Shown here: positions 12,410 through 24,700 of the stretch, in pieces
How the letters are laid out: each line of letters starts with the position of its first letter
Position numbering within the stretch: position 1 is the stretch's first letter
Assembly: GCF_947568905.1 (NCBI RefSeq)
Contig: NC_079166.1
Coordinates: forward strand, 20,522,001-20,586,000
Reading direction: 5' to 3'
DNA: 64,000 nt
From: Ostrea edulis
Lineage: Eukaryota
Program-made: the position numbers and the translations under genes
The notes under the pieces: model-generated
Told to the model about the DNA's origin: nothing
The model's database searches: none
Seen by the model: only the letters and a program-made list of their open reading frames with translations

Positions 12410-13131
12410 TAATCTCAGCGAGATTCGTCGAGGTTGGATATTTGGACTGACGCCTCTACCGAATCTCAGACCAGTGTCACACAAAGTGAATCTGAAAATC
12501 TTGCCTGGACTTCGGCCGCTTTTTGCGATTAAAATGGATTAAACTGAATTCCGTGCCCGCTTTAACTTTCCGCCTTAGACATCCTATTAACTCCATATCA
12601 CAATGAAATATGCATTTCTTACCTTTACATGGTGTAAATCCCACAGTAAATAAATGGCCTCCATTTCATTTTTACCTTCTCAACACGGAAGAGTTCCGAT
12701 ATATATTTCATGATAGTTCGTACTCCGACTGGAGATACAGAATTCACTGATTGACAATTACTTTATACAAAGCATTTAAGCATAAAAATTAAAAGCAATA
12801 AAAAGAAAACTGTGTAATATTAACCAATCTATTTGAATGCGTCCTAAATTATCGGAACTTTTCATTGTTGAGAAGGTAGATATGAAATGGTGGCCATTTG
12901 CAACGGCTTAAAAAATAGCCAACATTATTTTCTGTGGAATTTACTGTGGAATTTACACTATGTAATGATAATAAATGCATAATTCATTGTGATAAGGTTT
13001 AACCCATTTTAATCGCAAAAAGCGGCCGAAGTTCAGGTATGATTTCCCGAATCACTTTGTGTGACACTGGTCTGAGATTCGGATGAAGCGTCAATCCAAA
13101 TATCCAGCCTCGACGAATCTCGCTGAGATTA
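12410..13131. mobile_element. Long-TIR foldback MITE with 9-bp TSD (Mutator-like)
   Basis: taatctcagcgagattcgtcgagg pairs with cctcgacgaatctcgctgagatta, and the imperfect IR extends about 290 bp. The flanks are tagggcact (12401-12409) and taaggcact (13132-13140). Confidence 0.85.
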
Positions 13132-13160
13132 TAAGGCACTAACTTCACGAGTTTCCTAAA

Positions 13161-13323
13161 AGTTTATAATTTAAATGATATTATATTCATCTGATTTCCG
13201 GACTCCACCATTTAATCAATTTATCAATAGAGGAAGGTTATGAGATAGAAATCAATATATCAACATGGTTAAATGGTGGAGTCCGGAAATGAGATGAATA
13301 TGATATGATTTAAATTATAAACT
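13161..13323. mobile_element. Short palindromic element, ~55-bp TIRs, no clear TSD
   Basis: agtttataatttaaatgatattatattcatctgatttccggactccaccatttaa is mirrored at 13269-13323. Confidence 0.7.
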
Positions 13324-14705
13324 GTTGCGTTGTACGATGAACTATATCACTGTGCACTATCTGTATAGTATCTTGTGGAATTACTCTCAAGGCTTTGTCG
13401 ATCCATGCTACAAACAAACTTAAAAATGATGAAAATGAATTCTAGATGTACAATTTTTTAAAGTGAAAAGAGTATAATTTACCACGTGTGGAATATACAT
13501 GTAGTTTATTTCCATGATTTATTTAGTGGGGAAAATCTTATAGTCTCGGATTATAATGGGGTGGGGAGTATTTTCCAAGTCTCTTCCTTATATCAAAGGG
13601 ATTTTTTATTTGTATGTATTACAACGATATACAAGTAGGTATGTGGAGACGCTATGTATCAATAATTTGATAAAACAGACTACAGGAACCTCATAGAAAT
13701 GTCTAGTGCTTAATTTCTGAAGTGTCAGGGTTCACACGTTATCTTAAACTGAAATTTACGGTGGAATAAATTCATAATTTCATTGGATGTATGATGGGCA
13801 CCGATTGGTGTAGTGTTCACCCTCCCTGAAGATTTGGACAGGAATTAAAGCACGAGGATGTTTTTATCTTTACAACTGCTGTCAAATGAAAATATGTATA
13901 TGTGTAAAGTTCCTTGTCAAATGATTATCTATCATTTATCTTTGGTATTTTATATATGTAAGTCTCCAATTCTAAATATTTAGTTTGTGTGACAATAATT
14001 TTGATATTTTATTGTGACCTTGAAAAATCGCCTCACTGCTGTTCTACGGCGCACACTATACATCGTTTGTCTTGTTTTGTTTTGAACATATTTTATTGAT
14101 GAAATCTGTTCAAAACAAAACAAAACAAACATCGTTTGTAAACAGCACGAACTGGTGTATTTGCTACATGTATATAACCAATGATACAATTGTACATTTA
14201 TTGAATAGATTTAAAACTTCTGGCCTAATTTATTAATGATATGGTACCTGTAAGAATGCAGGAATTTATACCTTACTACATGCATGTATATAATTAATAG
14301 TTCAGTTGGTAACCCATATATACATGGACATTTGCTTATACATGTAAGTAGAACATACTGGTGTTTTTAAAAAAAATAAAGCGTCACGTGATAATAAGCC
14401 GACATCAATGGAGTTATCGAGGTTGGTCGGTCGCAGTCAACATCTGGTGTTTAACCTTAACATGTTGCTGTCCTTTAGAAAAGGATTGTACAACACGTGG
14501 GCCATAGACATGTTTCTATCAAACGCTGGGGCTGTTCCGATATACATGTATGAGCTTAATGGATATGAAACATTTGTTGCTTTGGCCTTTATCCTCAGAA
14601 TTAAGAGTAATCCCTGAATTTGATCTGGATCTTAGACCGAGTTCAAACTCAAGGACACAAACTGGTCCACGATATAAGAACTAAAGTTAGAGTTGCATAT
14701 CTTAA

Positions 14706-14805
14706 TGCAATGATATAAATCTGGCAACAGAATACCTTAATTCAATGCTATAAATCTGGCAACAAAATACCTTGATCCAAGGATATAAATCTGGCAACAG
14801 AATAT
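14706..14805. repeat. About 35-bp degenerate tandem triplet
   Basis: tataaatctggcaaca occurs three times. Confidence 0.75.
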
Positions 14806-15068
14806 TGATTCTCACAAGCTTGATTGTCGTATCTCAGTGCAACTTCACAAATGATATGAGCAACAATATATTACCTTCTTTGTTGAGCGTTGTTAAGGTG
14901 AACGTGTTGCCATGTAACTATGTACAAATGAATAAGACTCGATATCATTTATTGTTTTTATCATCAATGCTAAAACAAACAAACGGAACATTTTGTTTTA
15001 AATTTCGCATAACAATTGTTTATCATATACATGTATTGCTACTTCCGATAAAACGTATTTTTGCATGT

Positions 15069-15072
<4 letters not shown>

Positions 15073-15119
<47 letters not shown>
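15073..15119. repeat. (TC)n microsatellite
   Basis: Direct reading. Confidence 0.98.
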
Positions 15120-15122
<3 letters not shown>

Positions 15123-15192
15123 GTGTGCCACAGTCCTTGCGGAGGAACATGACGCTGATATATCCAACGATAAGATCTATACCAACCAAATA

Positions 15193-15358
15193 CAGTAAAG
15201 CATGATTATAGCGAACATGCTTATAACGTACACATACAGCGAAGAGATTTTCCTTCCCTGCTGCTTTAGAAATATGATTATGAATTCATCTGACATTCCG
15301 AATTACGTTGATAACGCATCAAAATTGTTTGACACTTCGCTATAAGCTTGCTTGACTG
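15193..15358. mobile_element. Tc1/mariner-type MITE (CAGT...ACTG, TA TSD)
   Basis: ta|cagtaaagcatgattatagcgaa ... ttcgctataagcttgcttgactg|ta. Confidence 0.75.
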
Positions 15359-15853
15359 TATTCTCAAACTTTCGTTACAGATCAAATATTACGTTTCGTG
15401 ATTTTCTGATTTATAATCGCACTCATAACGGAGGCGATACGCCTTTATCAGTATCATGGAAACCATGTACTACTAGTCTATTCTGTATATTCAAGACAGA
15501 CCTCGAGATTATAAAGTTAGATACCTGCAGTCTAATTTGTCTCATCCGAAAAACCGCTCTATTTATTCACCTCTTACCACAAGCAAGGGGTACTGAGGAC
15601 TTTTTTCTAACCCATATCCCTACGGAAATCCTTTGTGGTACTTCACCTATTGCTGGTGGCGTCTCCATATGAGTGAACAATTCTCGACGGGACGTAAAAC
15701 AAACAAGCAACCAACCAATCAAAATCTACACCATTTTTGTGTGTGTTTTGTTGATTTTGCGACATATAGCCAGGTCACCAATACTACATAAAGGTTTATA
15801 AGTTTTATTTCTTTTCAATGCACGTGTAGGTTAGATACATGTACACTGTGACG

Positions 15854-15979
15854 TCAGTTTATCTTCAGTACTGGTGCATGTCCGCAGAAGTGGTGCAATC
15901 CGTGACTCAGAAGGTTTAGATCTTGCGCTGTGAATGCTACAGTTGTCGCGGGGGTGTCGACAAGATCTATCATGGTTTT
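15854..15979 (-). CDS. Secreted His-rich BRICHOS-like protein, exon 4, terminal (KTMIDLVDTPATTVAFTAQDLNLLSHGLHHFCGHAPVLKIN*)
   Basis: 126-nt exon with acceptor ccttcttttcgtag, the second Cys and TGA. AATAAA (tttatt on the + strand) lies at 15804-15809, about 45 nt after the stop. Confidence 0.78.
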   Translation of the reverse strand, partial: KTMIDLVDTPATTVAFTAQDLNLLSHGLHHFCGHAPVLKIN

Positions 15980-16500
15980 CTACGAAAAGAAGGTTTAAAT
16001 ATCTTTCGTTGTTTCCAGTGTATTTAAGACGAATGCAATATCATAAATCTAATACATTTAATATGCAAAATATTTATCGCTGAAATTATGTTTGAATCTG
16101 CATTCATTTATAAAGGGATGAGGCAATGCCAATTAGATTTCTTCAAATACAAAATTATACTAAACAATGAATTCAAACTTTACACAATGTTAAAATGTTC
16201 TTAATTTCAGCAGGTTGTAGACGGCACGAGACTGTGATGAATTTATCTGTCAGTAATTTTATGCCATAAAAGTCTCAAATAATCTGGCATTACGTAATAA
16301 ACAAATGTGGTTGAAGTGTTTTCTACAATAACACGTTCTTTTTGAAGACGTATTCAACAATTGATTTTTTTTCTAATTAATTCTTCTTGTTGAAATAAAT
16401 CTACAGTGAATGCCAACTTCAGCATGTTGTTAAGAAACGAATTTTTTCATTTTTGAAAATACATGAGTGTATGAACTACAACGTAAACTCCACACGGGCG

Positions 16501-17061
16501 TACTTCATGAAACTCTAACTACACATGTAACTTCAACAAGTACTTCATGAAACTCTAACTACACATGTAACTTCAACAAGTACTTCATGAAACTCTAACT
16601 ACACATGTAACTTCAACAAGTACTTCATGAAACGCTAACTACACATGTAACTTCAACAAGTACTTCATGGAACGCTAACTACACATGTAACTTCAACAAG
16701 TACTTCATGAAACTCTAACTACACATGTAACTTCAACAAGTACTTCATAAAACTCTAACTACACATGTAACTTCAACAAGTACTTCATGAAACGCTAACT
16801 ACACATGTAACTTCAACAAGTACTTCATGAAACTCTAACTACACATGTAACTTCAACAAGTACTTCATGAAACTCTAACTACACATGTAACTTCAACAAG
16901 TACTTCATGAAACTCTAACTACACATGTAACTTCAACAAGTACTTCATGAAACTCTAACTACACATGTAACTTCAACAAGTACTTCATGAAACTCTAACT
17001 ACACATGTAACTTCAACAAGTACTTCATGAAACGCTAACTACACATGTAACTTCAACAAGT
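16501..17061. repeat. 40-bp minisatellite (tacttcatgaaactctaactacacatgtaacttcaacaag), 14 copies, in intron 3 of the BRICHOS-like gene
   Basis: Exact 40-bp period from 16501 to 17060. Confidence 0.97.
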
Positions 17062-17166
17062 AGGCCGGCGTGAAGCGTCGCAGTCCACACACGTGTATTT
17101 TAAAAAAAAAATGAAAGTTTATTTATATATATATATAATTATTTACACTTTACTTTCATCTCTGAA

Positions 17167-17505
17167 GGAATACAAGTATCAACACTTCGCGAAAGTTACG
17201 TCCCTTGTCCGCCATCTCTCGGATAAAAATCGTATATCCCTACGTTGGCCTTTGTAATTTTCCTATCTGTAGCTTTGACATCTGTTATTTTTCCATCAAT
17301 TGCAGTCAACTACAATAATGTCCCAGATTGGGGCAACCCATTAACTTGTATGAAAACTTGGTAATTGGCTAAAATTCAAAGTAATAACATCTTACATGTA
17401 CATTTGGTAAGGTAAAGATGGAAAACTTGGTTTTTCACCGATTGACCTTTGGCTGACCCCACAAAGGGACGTAACTCGCGGCGAAGTGTTGATACGTGTA
17501 TTTCC
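17167..17505. mobile_element. MITE-like element with ~40-bp TIRs in intron 3 of the BRICHOS-like gene
   Basis: ggaatacaagtatcaacacttcgcgaaagttacgtccctt pairs with aagggacgtaactcgcggcgaagtgttgatacgtgtatttcc. Confidence 0.7.
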
Positions 17506-17798
17506 ATCTATTTAAACAGGAGTACTATATTCATAATTATCAAAATTCATACGCGCATTGTTTACAACTACCTTACATTCAAGAGGAAATGGCTATCGTT
17601 ATAATTTGTAAAGAGATCAAAGGCAACAGCATTGTAAACGTGATTATCCAATAATGCAGTGTGGTCTACATTCGACGTTATGTCTTGCAAGCCAGAGGAG
17701 AAAGAACACACTCTACTCCAGCATGCTCGAGCTCTGTGAATAGATTGAAACTAGTACTGTTATTGGTACATGTAAGTAAAGTATAAAACTTAACTTGC

Positions 17799-17900
17799 CT
17801 CGATAGCATGAAGACCCGTTGACGTATGGACGCTCTGTTGTTCAGCCCCAGACAGGACGTAGAGGTAGCAGTGATGGTTGGCTTTTAACGCCACGATATG
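17799..17900 (-). CDS. Secreted His-rich BRICHOS-like protein, exon 3 (HIVALKANHHCYLYVLSGAEQQSVHTSTGLHAIE)
   Basis: 102-nt exon with acceptor aaatgtag, a CY motif and the non-canonical donor GAG|GCAAGT (GC-AG intron). Confidence 0.75.
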
Positions 17901-18214
17901 CTACATTTGTATGAAGTCATGTGTAACAGTTTTAACGTGCAGAAATATGCTAGCAATAGATATACTGATTGATTAAAATATATGAAGGTCTTCAATTGTT
18001 TTTTTTTTATTATTGCTATTGCATTGTTATCGACTTATAAAAATAATTGATATTTCGAATATACAATTGTTTACATATATATATAAAGCAGTGCGTTAAC
18101 AATTAGAATTTGTGTTCATTGAAAAACTAATATTTGACTTCTGGTGATGATGTTGGCGTGACGGCGTGTTGTTGCTACCTTGTGAGATACCCCCTCATCA
18201 GGTTAGATATTTAC

Positions 18215-18295
18215 CGTTGTGTGATCGTAATGGAACGCAAAACCTTCCTCTATGACATTATGATGAGGATGTCTCGTGGTATGTGCTGCAAAAAC
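18215..18295 (-). CDS. Secreted His-rich BRICHOS-like protein, exon 2 (VFAAHTTRHPHHNVIEEGFAFHYDHTT)
   Basis: 81-nt exon with acceptor tttcgttttaactgcag and donor ACG|GTAAAT. It is open in phase 0 and completes the signal peptide (VFA-A). Confidence 0.8.
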
Positions 18296-19818
18296 CTGCA
18301 GTTAAAACGAAAGTGAAGTGTTACGTTGTATGTGTAGTTATATGTGAAGATCCGTTCAATTCTTTATGTCTCATCACACACTGTATGACTAAATTAATTT
18401 GCTGGTGATGAGATATTTCTAAGTTTCAGACAATGTTAGCTTGCAATACCTAGTCCATTTTAGAAAGACTACTTTTCATAGAATAATAGGATCTGTATCG
18501 AAACGATCCGCATGCAAGATAACATTATTGCAAGATAAGATGTAAACAAAGATGGCTGACTAGTAATCGTCAGTCAAACTCCAGAATTTCATCTATTAAT
18601 CATCAATTTGTTTTTGTAATGTTTCTGTCTTTGATTTACAGTTAAGGACCGGTAAATATTAATATTCACAATTTGAAATATTTCGCTAGCATTGATCGAT
18701 GTAAATGGATGAACGTTGAAAACATTACACGTGTGTACCTATGACATTACAAACATTCATATCAGTGACAGCAATGCTCCAGTTTCTAACCTCACGAGTA
18801 TAATACATAAATCATCAAAATAACCAACTGAAATATAGTTTATCAACATAATAAATGTATACTATCTAGATAGTTTAATATACTGATTTAAAATATGGAT
18901 GACAAAGAAAATAGCATTTCTTCTTAGCAAAAGTAATATCACAAGGTTCGCACCTCATTAGGGTTTACGTTAATGGACATTAAAGCCGATTTGGACAAAG
19001 TATATGAAGATCAAGCACATTCATATGCATCTGCTTCGGTGCACATTTCGTTTTCTATCAGGCATAACGTCACTAGATAGGCGTTCCTTTCTCAGGTTGG
19101 TCATAATCAGCATATACATGTAGTGGAAAAGGCGTTGTTGAGAAAAATTGCCCTTGTAACACACTTTCGCGCCAACACAACTTTACACAACGTGCCGTCG
19201 TGATGTCTTAGAATATACCGTTGCTCTAAAACAATTTAGCACATCTCGCTAAACTACTTTAATCAACTCATCGTCACACTGTCATTGCATTATAATTGTG
19301 TACAGTTGTATTGGCGAGACGGACAGCGAGACTGAGATTGCGTAAAGTTATGTGTCAGCGCAACAAAGTGGTCTGTGACCACGCGTTCTGTAAAGCTGTA
19401 TTAGTGCAAAGTCGTGATCTGTTATAATACAACGGCACATTGTCAAGTTTCGATAGCGCGACAGCGTGTTGTGTGACCATTTGCACATTTTCCCACGGCT
19501 CCATCACAGTTTGTAAAATGGCTCCTTGTCGCGACCCGGTTTCGAAATCATAACATCACATAATAATGTTGATAGTGCTACCGTTTGAGCGAAAGTTGCT
19601 ACATATATGAGTAAAGTACATTGCCGAACTAGTAGTGTAAAGTACATGTGCTATACCGAAATAATAGTGTTATAAAGAACTATACCAAAACTAGTAGCGT
19701 GATAAAGTACTATACGTGGGTTTTGATACCTAGTGCACGACCCAGAGGAGTGTTAAAACCTTATCGTTTCTAGAGAGTTTACTTGCGTGTACACACTATA
19801 AACATTGTTTGAACTTAC

Positions 19819-19860
19819 CGTGGAAAAAAGACCCAAAACGAAGCACGACCAAAGCATCAT
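19819..19860 (-). CDS. Secreted His-rich BRICHOS-like protein, exon 1 (signal peptide MMLWSCFVLGLFST)
   Basis: ATG-initiated hydrophobic stretch ending at the perfect donor ACG|GTAAGT, phase 0. Confidence 0.75.
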
Positions 19861-20377
19861 AATGGAATGTCCGATAGAAGTGTCCCAGTGAAACAACCTT
19901 CTTCGTGATTTTCCTATCGATACCTGGTTCTAGGTGCTTTTACAGATAACCTTTCGTAATGTTATCAAGAGAAATGAAAAGCCAGGTTATATTTAGAACA
20001 ATCAGAAGAATTTGTCTAATTAATGGTGGAGGGACAGCAGACATAGTGGTCTCAGTTTAAAAAGGTTATTTTTCGTTTTTAGCTCACCTGAACCAAAGGC
20101 TAGTGAGATTTTGGGGTCAAAATTTGTCCGGCATCTGTTGTTGTCGTTAACTTTTTCACATTTGCATCTTCTTCTCTGGAACCACCAAGCCAGTTTCAAT
20201 TAAACGTGGCGTAAGTTATCCTTGAGTAAAGGGAATTTGCTTTTTTAAGAATAAAGGATCGTTTCCCTTTCAAAAGGGGGAAATCACGAAAGGGCAAATA
20301 TAGGGTGGTGTAATCTAAAAAAAAAGCCATTGAGCGAGAAAAATGTAAATTTTCATGAGAGCTCATTGACATAGTGC

Positions 20378-20590
20378 AAATTAAAATCTTTTAGATCATG
20401 GTACTAGGGGTAGAGGGGTACATGTGTACCACAAATTAAAATCTGTTAGATCATGGTCCTAGGGGTAGAGGGGCACATGTGTACCACAAATTAAAATCTG
20501 TTAGATCATGGTCCTAGGGGTAGAGGGGTACATGTGTACTACAAATTAAAATCTGTTAGATCATGGTCCTAGGGGTAGAGAGGTACCACA
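20378..20590. repeat. 55-bp tandem repeat, about 3.7 copies, inside the HINE
   Basis: ttagatcatgg occurs at 20391, 20446, 20501 and 20556. Confidence 0.9.
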
Positions 20591-21337
20591 ACAGGGGATC
20601 AAAGGTTTGCATGGAAATATATAGGTAAACACTTCTACAAATCTTCATCTGAACAACAGCAGGGTCATGGTTAGTCATTCAATCATCCCCAGGTAATACG
20701 GGTTCATTTTTTGTTCAAATCATGACTTCCGGTAGGACGGGGCTACAATAGGGGACCAAAGTTTTGTATGGGAAGATATAGGAAAACATCTTCAGAAATT
20801 TCTCAAGAAAAGCAAGATCCGATCTAATTAAAAAGTAGACCCTTTGTTCTGTTCATCTACAAAGTAAGGTTATGGTTTGTCATGTCAGTATCCAAGCATC
20901 TTCAGGAATTAAGTTCAAATTCAAGTTTGTTCAATTCAGGAGCTGCGGGAAAAGGGTTGGGCCACATAATGAAATGAAAGGGGGGATATATAGAGATAAT
21001 TAATTAAAACAGATTCTTTTCAAGAGTAGCAGGGTCACACTAAATCTTTTCAAAATACAAGCGTTCCTCATCTGTGTGGATTCAAGTTTTTGTCATGCCC
21101 CTGTGACTGTAGTCGGGGGTGGGGGTATATTGTTTTTGTCCAGTGTGCCTGTTTGTCCAAAACTTTAACCTTGCTCATAATGGTAATTGATTAGGCTGCA
21201 ATATTCCATGTGTAAATTTCTTGTGACAAAACCTTAAACGTTTGGTACCAAAGTTGTTGACCTTGTAACCTTGACCTTGGAGTTTGACCTGCTTTTAAGA
21301 AAACTTAACCTACGTAATATCTCCTGCACTATTTAAG

Positions 21338-21762
21338 AAATAGGAAATATTCATATCTAGTGATCAGTCATTCCAAAACGTTGTTAAACACCACGCTGAT
21401 TCCACGCACAAGTGATCTGAAGTTGAAATAAACATAATATGCTAGAGTTCCTCATTGACAATATCTTCGTGGTCTTTGGTGATCAGGTCTTCCAACAGTC
21501 TGTTGGAATTCCCATGAGCACGAATTGTGCTCCTTTTTAGCTGACCTGTTTTTATATTCATATGAAGCAGAATTTATTCAAAAACTTCTACGTGAGAAGA
21601 AAAAATATCTTCAATTCGACATTTAGATATATCGATGCTTACTCCTCCTAGGCACCTGATCCCACCTCTGGTGTGTCCAGGGGTCCGTATTTGCCCAACT
21701 TTCTATTTTGTATTGCTTATGGGAGTTATGAGATTGATCACTGGTCGTTATCTTCACCTTTC
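21338..21762 (+). mobile_element. Internally deleted Penelope-like retroelement fragment nested in the HINE
   Basis: Degenerate RT segment MLEFLIDNIFVVFGDQVFQQSVGIPMSTNCAP..ADLFLYSYEAEFIQKLLREKK joined to the common 3' repeat. It is flanked by the direct repeat atttaag (21331-21337 and 21763-21769). Confidence 0.75.
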
Positions 21763-24700
21763 ATTTAAGGTAAGACTTTCATAATTTGAATATGAAGTCC
21801 ATATACATAGATCTTATTTTGGAAACTATGATATTTGACTTTGTGATCTTCATATTGGAGTTTGAACCCAATTTTAAAAATTCGACTTTAAAAACATAAC
21901 TTTTGAATGATGTGCATTAGTGTCTCTCATATTTCACATTTGAATTTTTGTGACAAACCTTTCCCTTCGCACCAATATGTTTAATCTTGTTCCTTCTTAC
22001 TTTTAATCAAATATAACCGAAGTAAGATCTACTGAATTTTTAAGTTAGGGCTTTCATATTCTGTATCACGGCTAAGCCGTGATCCATTTGAGCTAGGTTT
22101 GGGCCATACTATATGGTAGACATTAAGATTAAAACAAAAAAACTTTTAAAAATCACATCAACTGAACAATAGTAGTGTTATCGTGACACAGGTGAGCGAT
22201 GTGGACCTTGGGTCTCTTGTTTATTTCGTTATTTTCATACATGTATGATATATAAGTATATTTATAGCATCATGATATTGAACATCGCACTTAAACTGTT
22301 TTAATTAAGAACATACACATGTAGGATATCCCGTAAATGTTATAGAATTTTGTAGAACTATTCGTACATGTATAGGTTTTATCATTACTAGACACCCATA
22401 TTTACCACACAATCCCTCATGAAATCACCTCTGTTTGCATTATTCACAAATCTTTACTTGAAAAGTCAACGGAAAAATACCCCCAAATCCTTTAAACGCG
22501 TCTTTTATTGGCACATTCCGTGAATCAATCATTGATTGGCATAGTTGTTTGTTCTAATAATAGCCAATTCCACGTCAACTCAACGAACTTCTACCTCATT
22601 TAATGTGTCCAATATCTTGGGTATACTAGTTGTCGTTTAAAGTGAGGTCTTCGCTCACGATCTGATGAGCAACACTGTGTGTTCCTTGTATCTATTAATG
22701 CAATTATTGTTAGGTCGTTCTTGATACACTGATTTTGACTACGGATAACTCCGTTTACCTGATCAAGATATAGGGCTCACGGCGGGTGTGACCGGTCAGC
22801 AGGGGATGCTTACTCCTCCTAGGCACCTGATCTCACCTTTAGTGTGTCGAGGGAACCGTGGCTGCCCTACTCTTGGTTTTGTATTCTTTATAAGAATTAT
22901 CAATTGATCACTGCTCGATATTTTCACTTTGATACTTGTACTTAACTTAGGGACGTCGCTGATCAGCGTCAATTTCCCCGAGAACGTAAATCAAGGACTC
23001 AGATTGATCTCTATAAATTAGTGATGAATAATTAAAAGTAAGGGATCTGGTTTCACAAAAGAGGTTCGTCGGGAATTAGTCCGAATATTCATTTTCATCA
23101 CAAAAAAGTTAAAATGAAACTAAAGATGAGCTCATCTCATTGCTATGACCCGATAGTTAATGAAATTCATCAATAAAACATTCTTCTATTACAACCCACA
23201 TGACAACCTTGTATTTTCCTTTGGGATCAATGAGACATTTACATTTTACATGATTCATTCGGAGTCAAAATTTACAAAGCAAAATTGGCTGATGTCTGGG
23301 GCTGTGCAGTGTAATAATCTCGAGTTTCTCATAAACGATTGGCATTTATATAATATTTATATATCTGAATAGTCTAAACATCTGATATTATATTTTTAAA
23401 GATATATTCATGATTTACTATCACGTTCGTGTGGGCGAACAAATCCCCACAATACTACTGTAAAATACCATTGTGACTTTTGCAACCGGAAGGTCAGGTG
23501 TTCGAATATCGACCCCGACACCGCTGTCACACCAAAGACGTTTAATATTGGTAACAAGTTGCTGTCCTTTAAAAAAAACTACAATACGTGACAAAGGCAT
23601 GTGTTTCTAACAAAAAAAAAAAATAATATTCTAAGTTGAAATAAAATGTGTTTTAAAAGGTTTTTTTCTTCAAAACTTGAAACATGCCAATATTTCATTA
23701 TATCTACATTTGTAATGTAATTTTACCAATTGAAATGATAGCCATTTCCTCATGAATGAAAGGTGAAGATGCACCAGAATGTGAGCATTGTGCATATCAA
23801 TCTTGTTAATTACTGTACGAGTATATTAAGGGCTAATAATACTCTGAAATAAATAAAAGTAAAATGAAACGCTAACGCGACTTGACGGTAAAGGCCGAGC
23901 GATGTTCCGATTGGCTCCAGTACGATTGTTCACGCGCAAGCAGATTTTTCCCATGACATCCGGTTTAATCTCGCAGGTATATTTTCTTGGTGGATCTCAG
24001 GGTCCATGCAAAGACTGTTCCTTCGCCAATCGGCCGGTATTAAAAAAAATGTCACATTCAGGTTGTTCGGAAGTGACGTTAGATTTGTGTGACGATAGAC
24101 ACATGATGACTAAACTACACTGCCACGGTCGTAACCACCAAAATTAGGTCAACAGGAGAAAACAGATGGGGGATCTTAATTGTGGCATTTCACTAGAGCT
24201 GCTGACGTTTCCACATTTAGATGAAAAAGTGAAGAAAAAATTGATCAATTTTAAAAAAAAATCTTATAAAGCTAACAAAATTAAGACAAGAGCAAACACG
24301 GGCCCCTTGGTCATACCAGAGGTGGAATCAGGTGGGTAAGAGGTGTAAGCATCCCCTGATGACTGATTACTTCCGTGGTATTTATAACGACAAAACAAGA
24401 CTGTTGAGACCCATGTAAAATCAACTTATTCGTAATTAGCCTGCTTAGATCTAAACATGGGTCATACGGGGTCAGAACAAGCTCTCGTGTACATGCATGT
24501 ACATGCATGGAATTAGTTGACAGGGATTAACACCACAAGCGGGATATGATGGAATATTGCTACATAAAAGTTGACAATGGAGAAGCGGAAGTTATTCCTT
24601 TTGTCATAAAGTTGAGTAGTTTGCTGTTAACGCTAATACGCTTCACGAAGTACCTGTATGCAGGTGTAAAATGTCGAAGCTTATACCTTCATGTTTATTT

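Larger units (their letters stand above)
20086..22221 (+). mobile_element. HINE/Helitron-N-like element (tttttagctcacctg ... caggtgagcgatgtggaccttgggtctcttgtt) with internal repeats and a nested insertion
   Basis: Subterminal IR agctcacctg (20091) pairs with caggtgagcg (22189). It has a T-rich start, a 3' stem and tgaccttgacc motifs. Confidence 0.75.
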
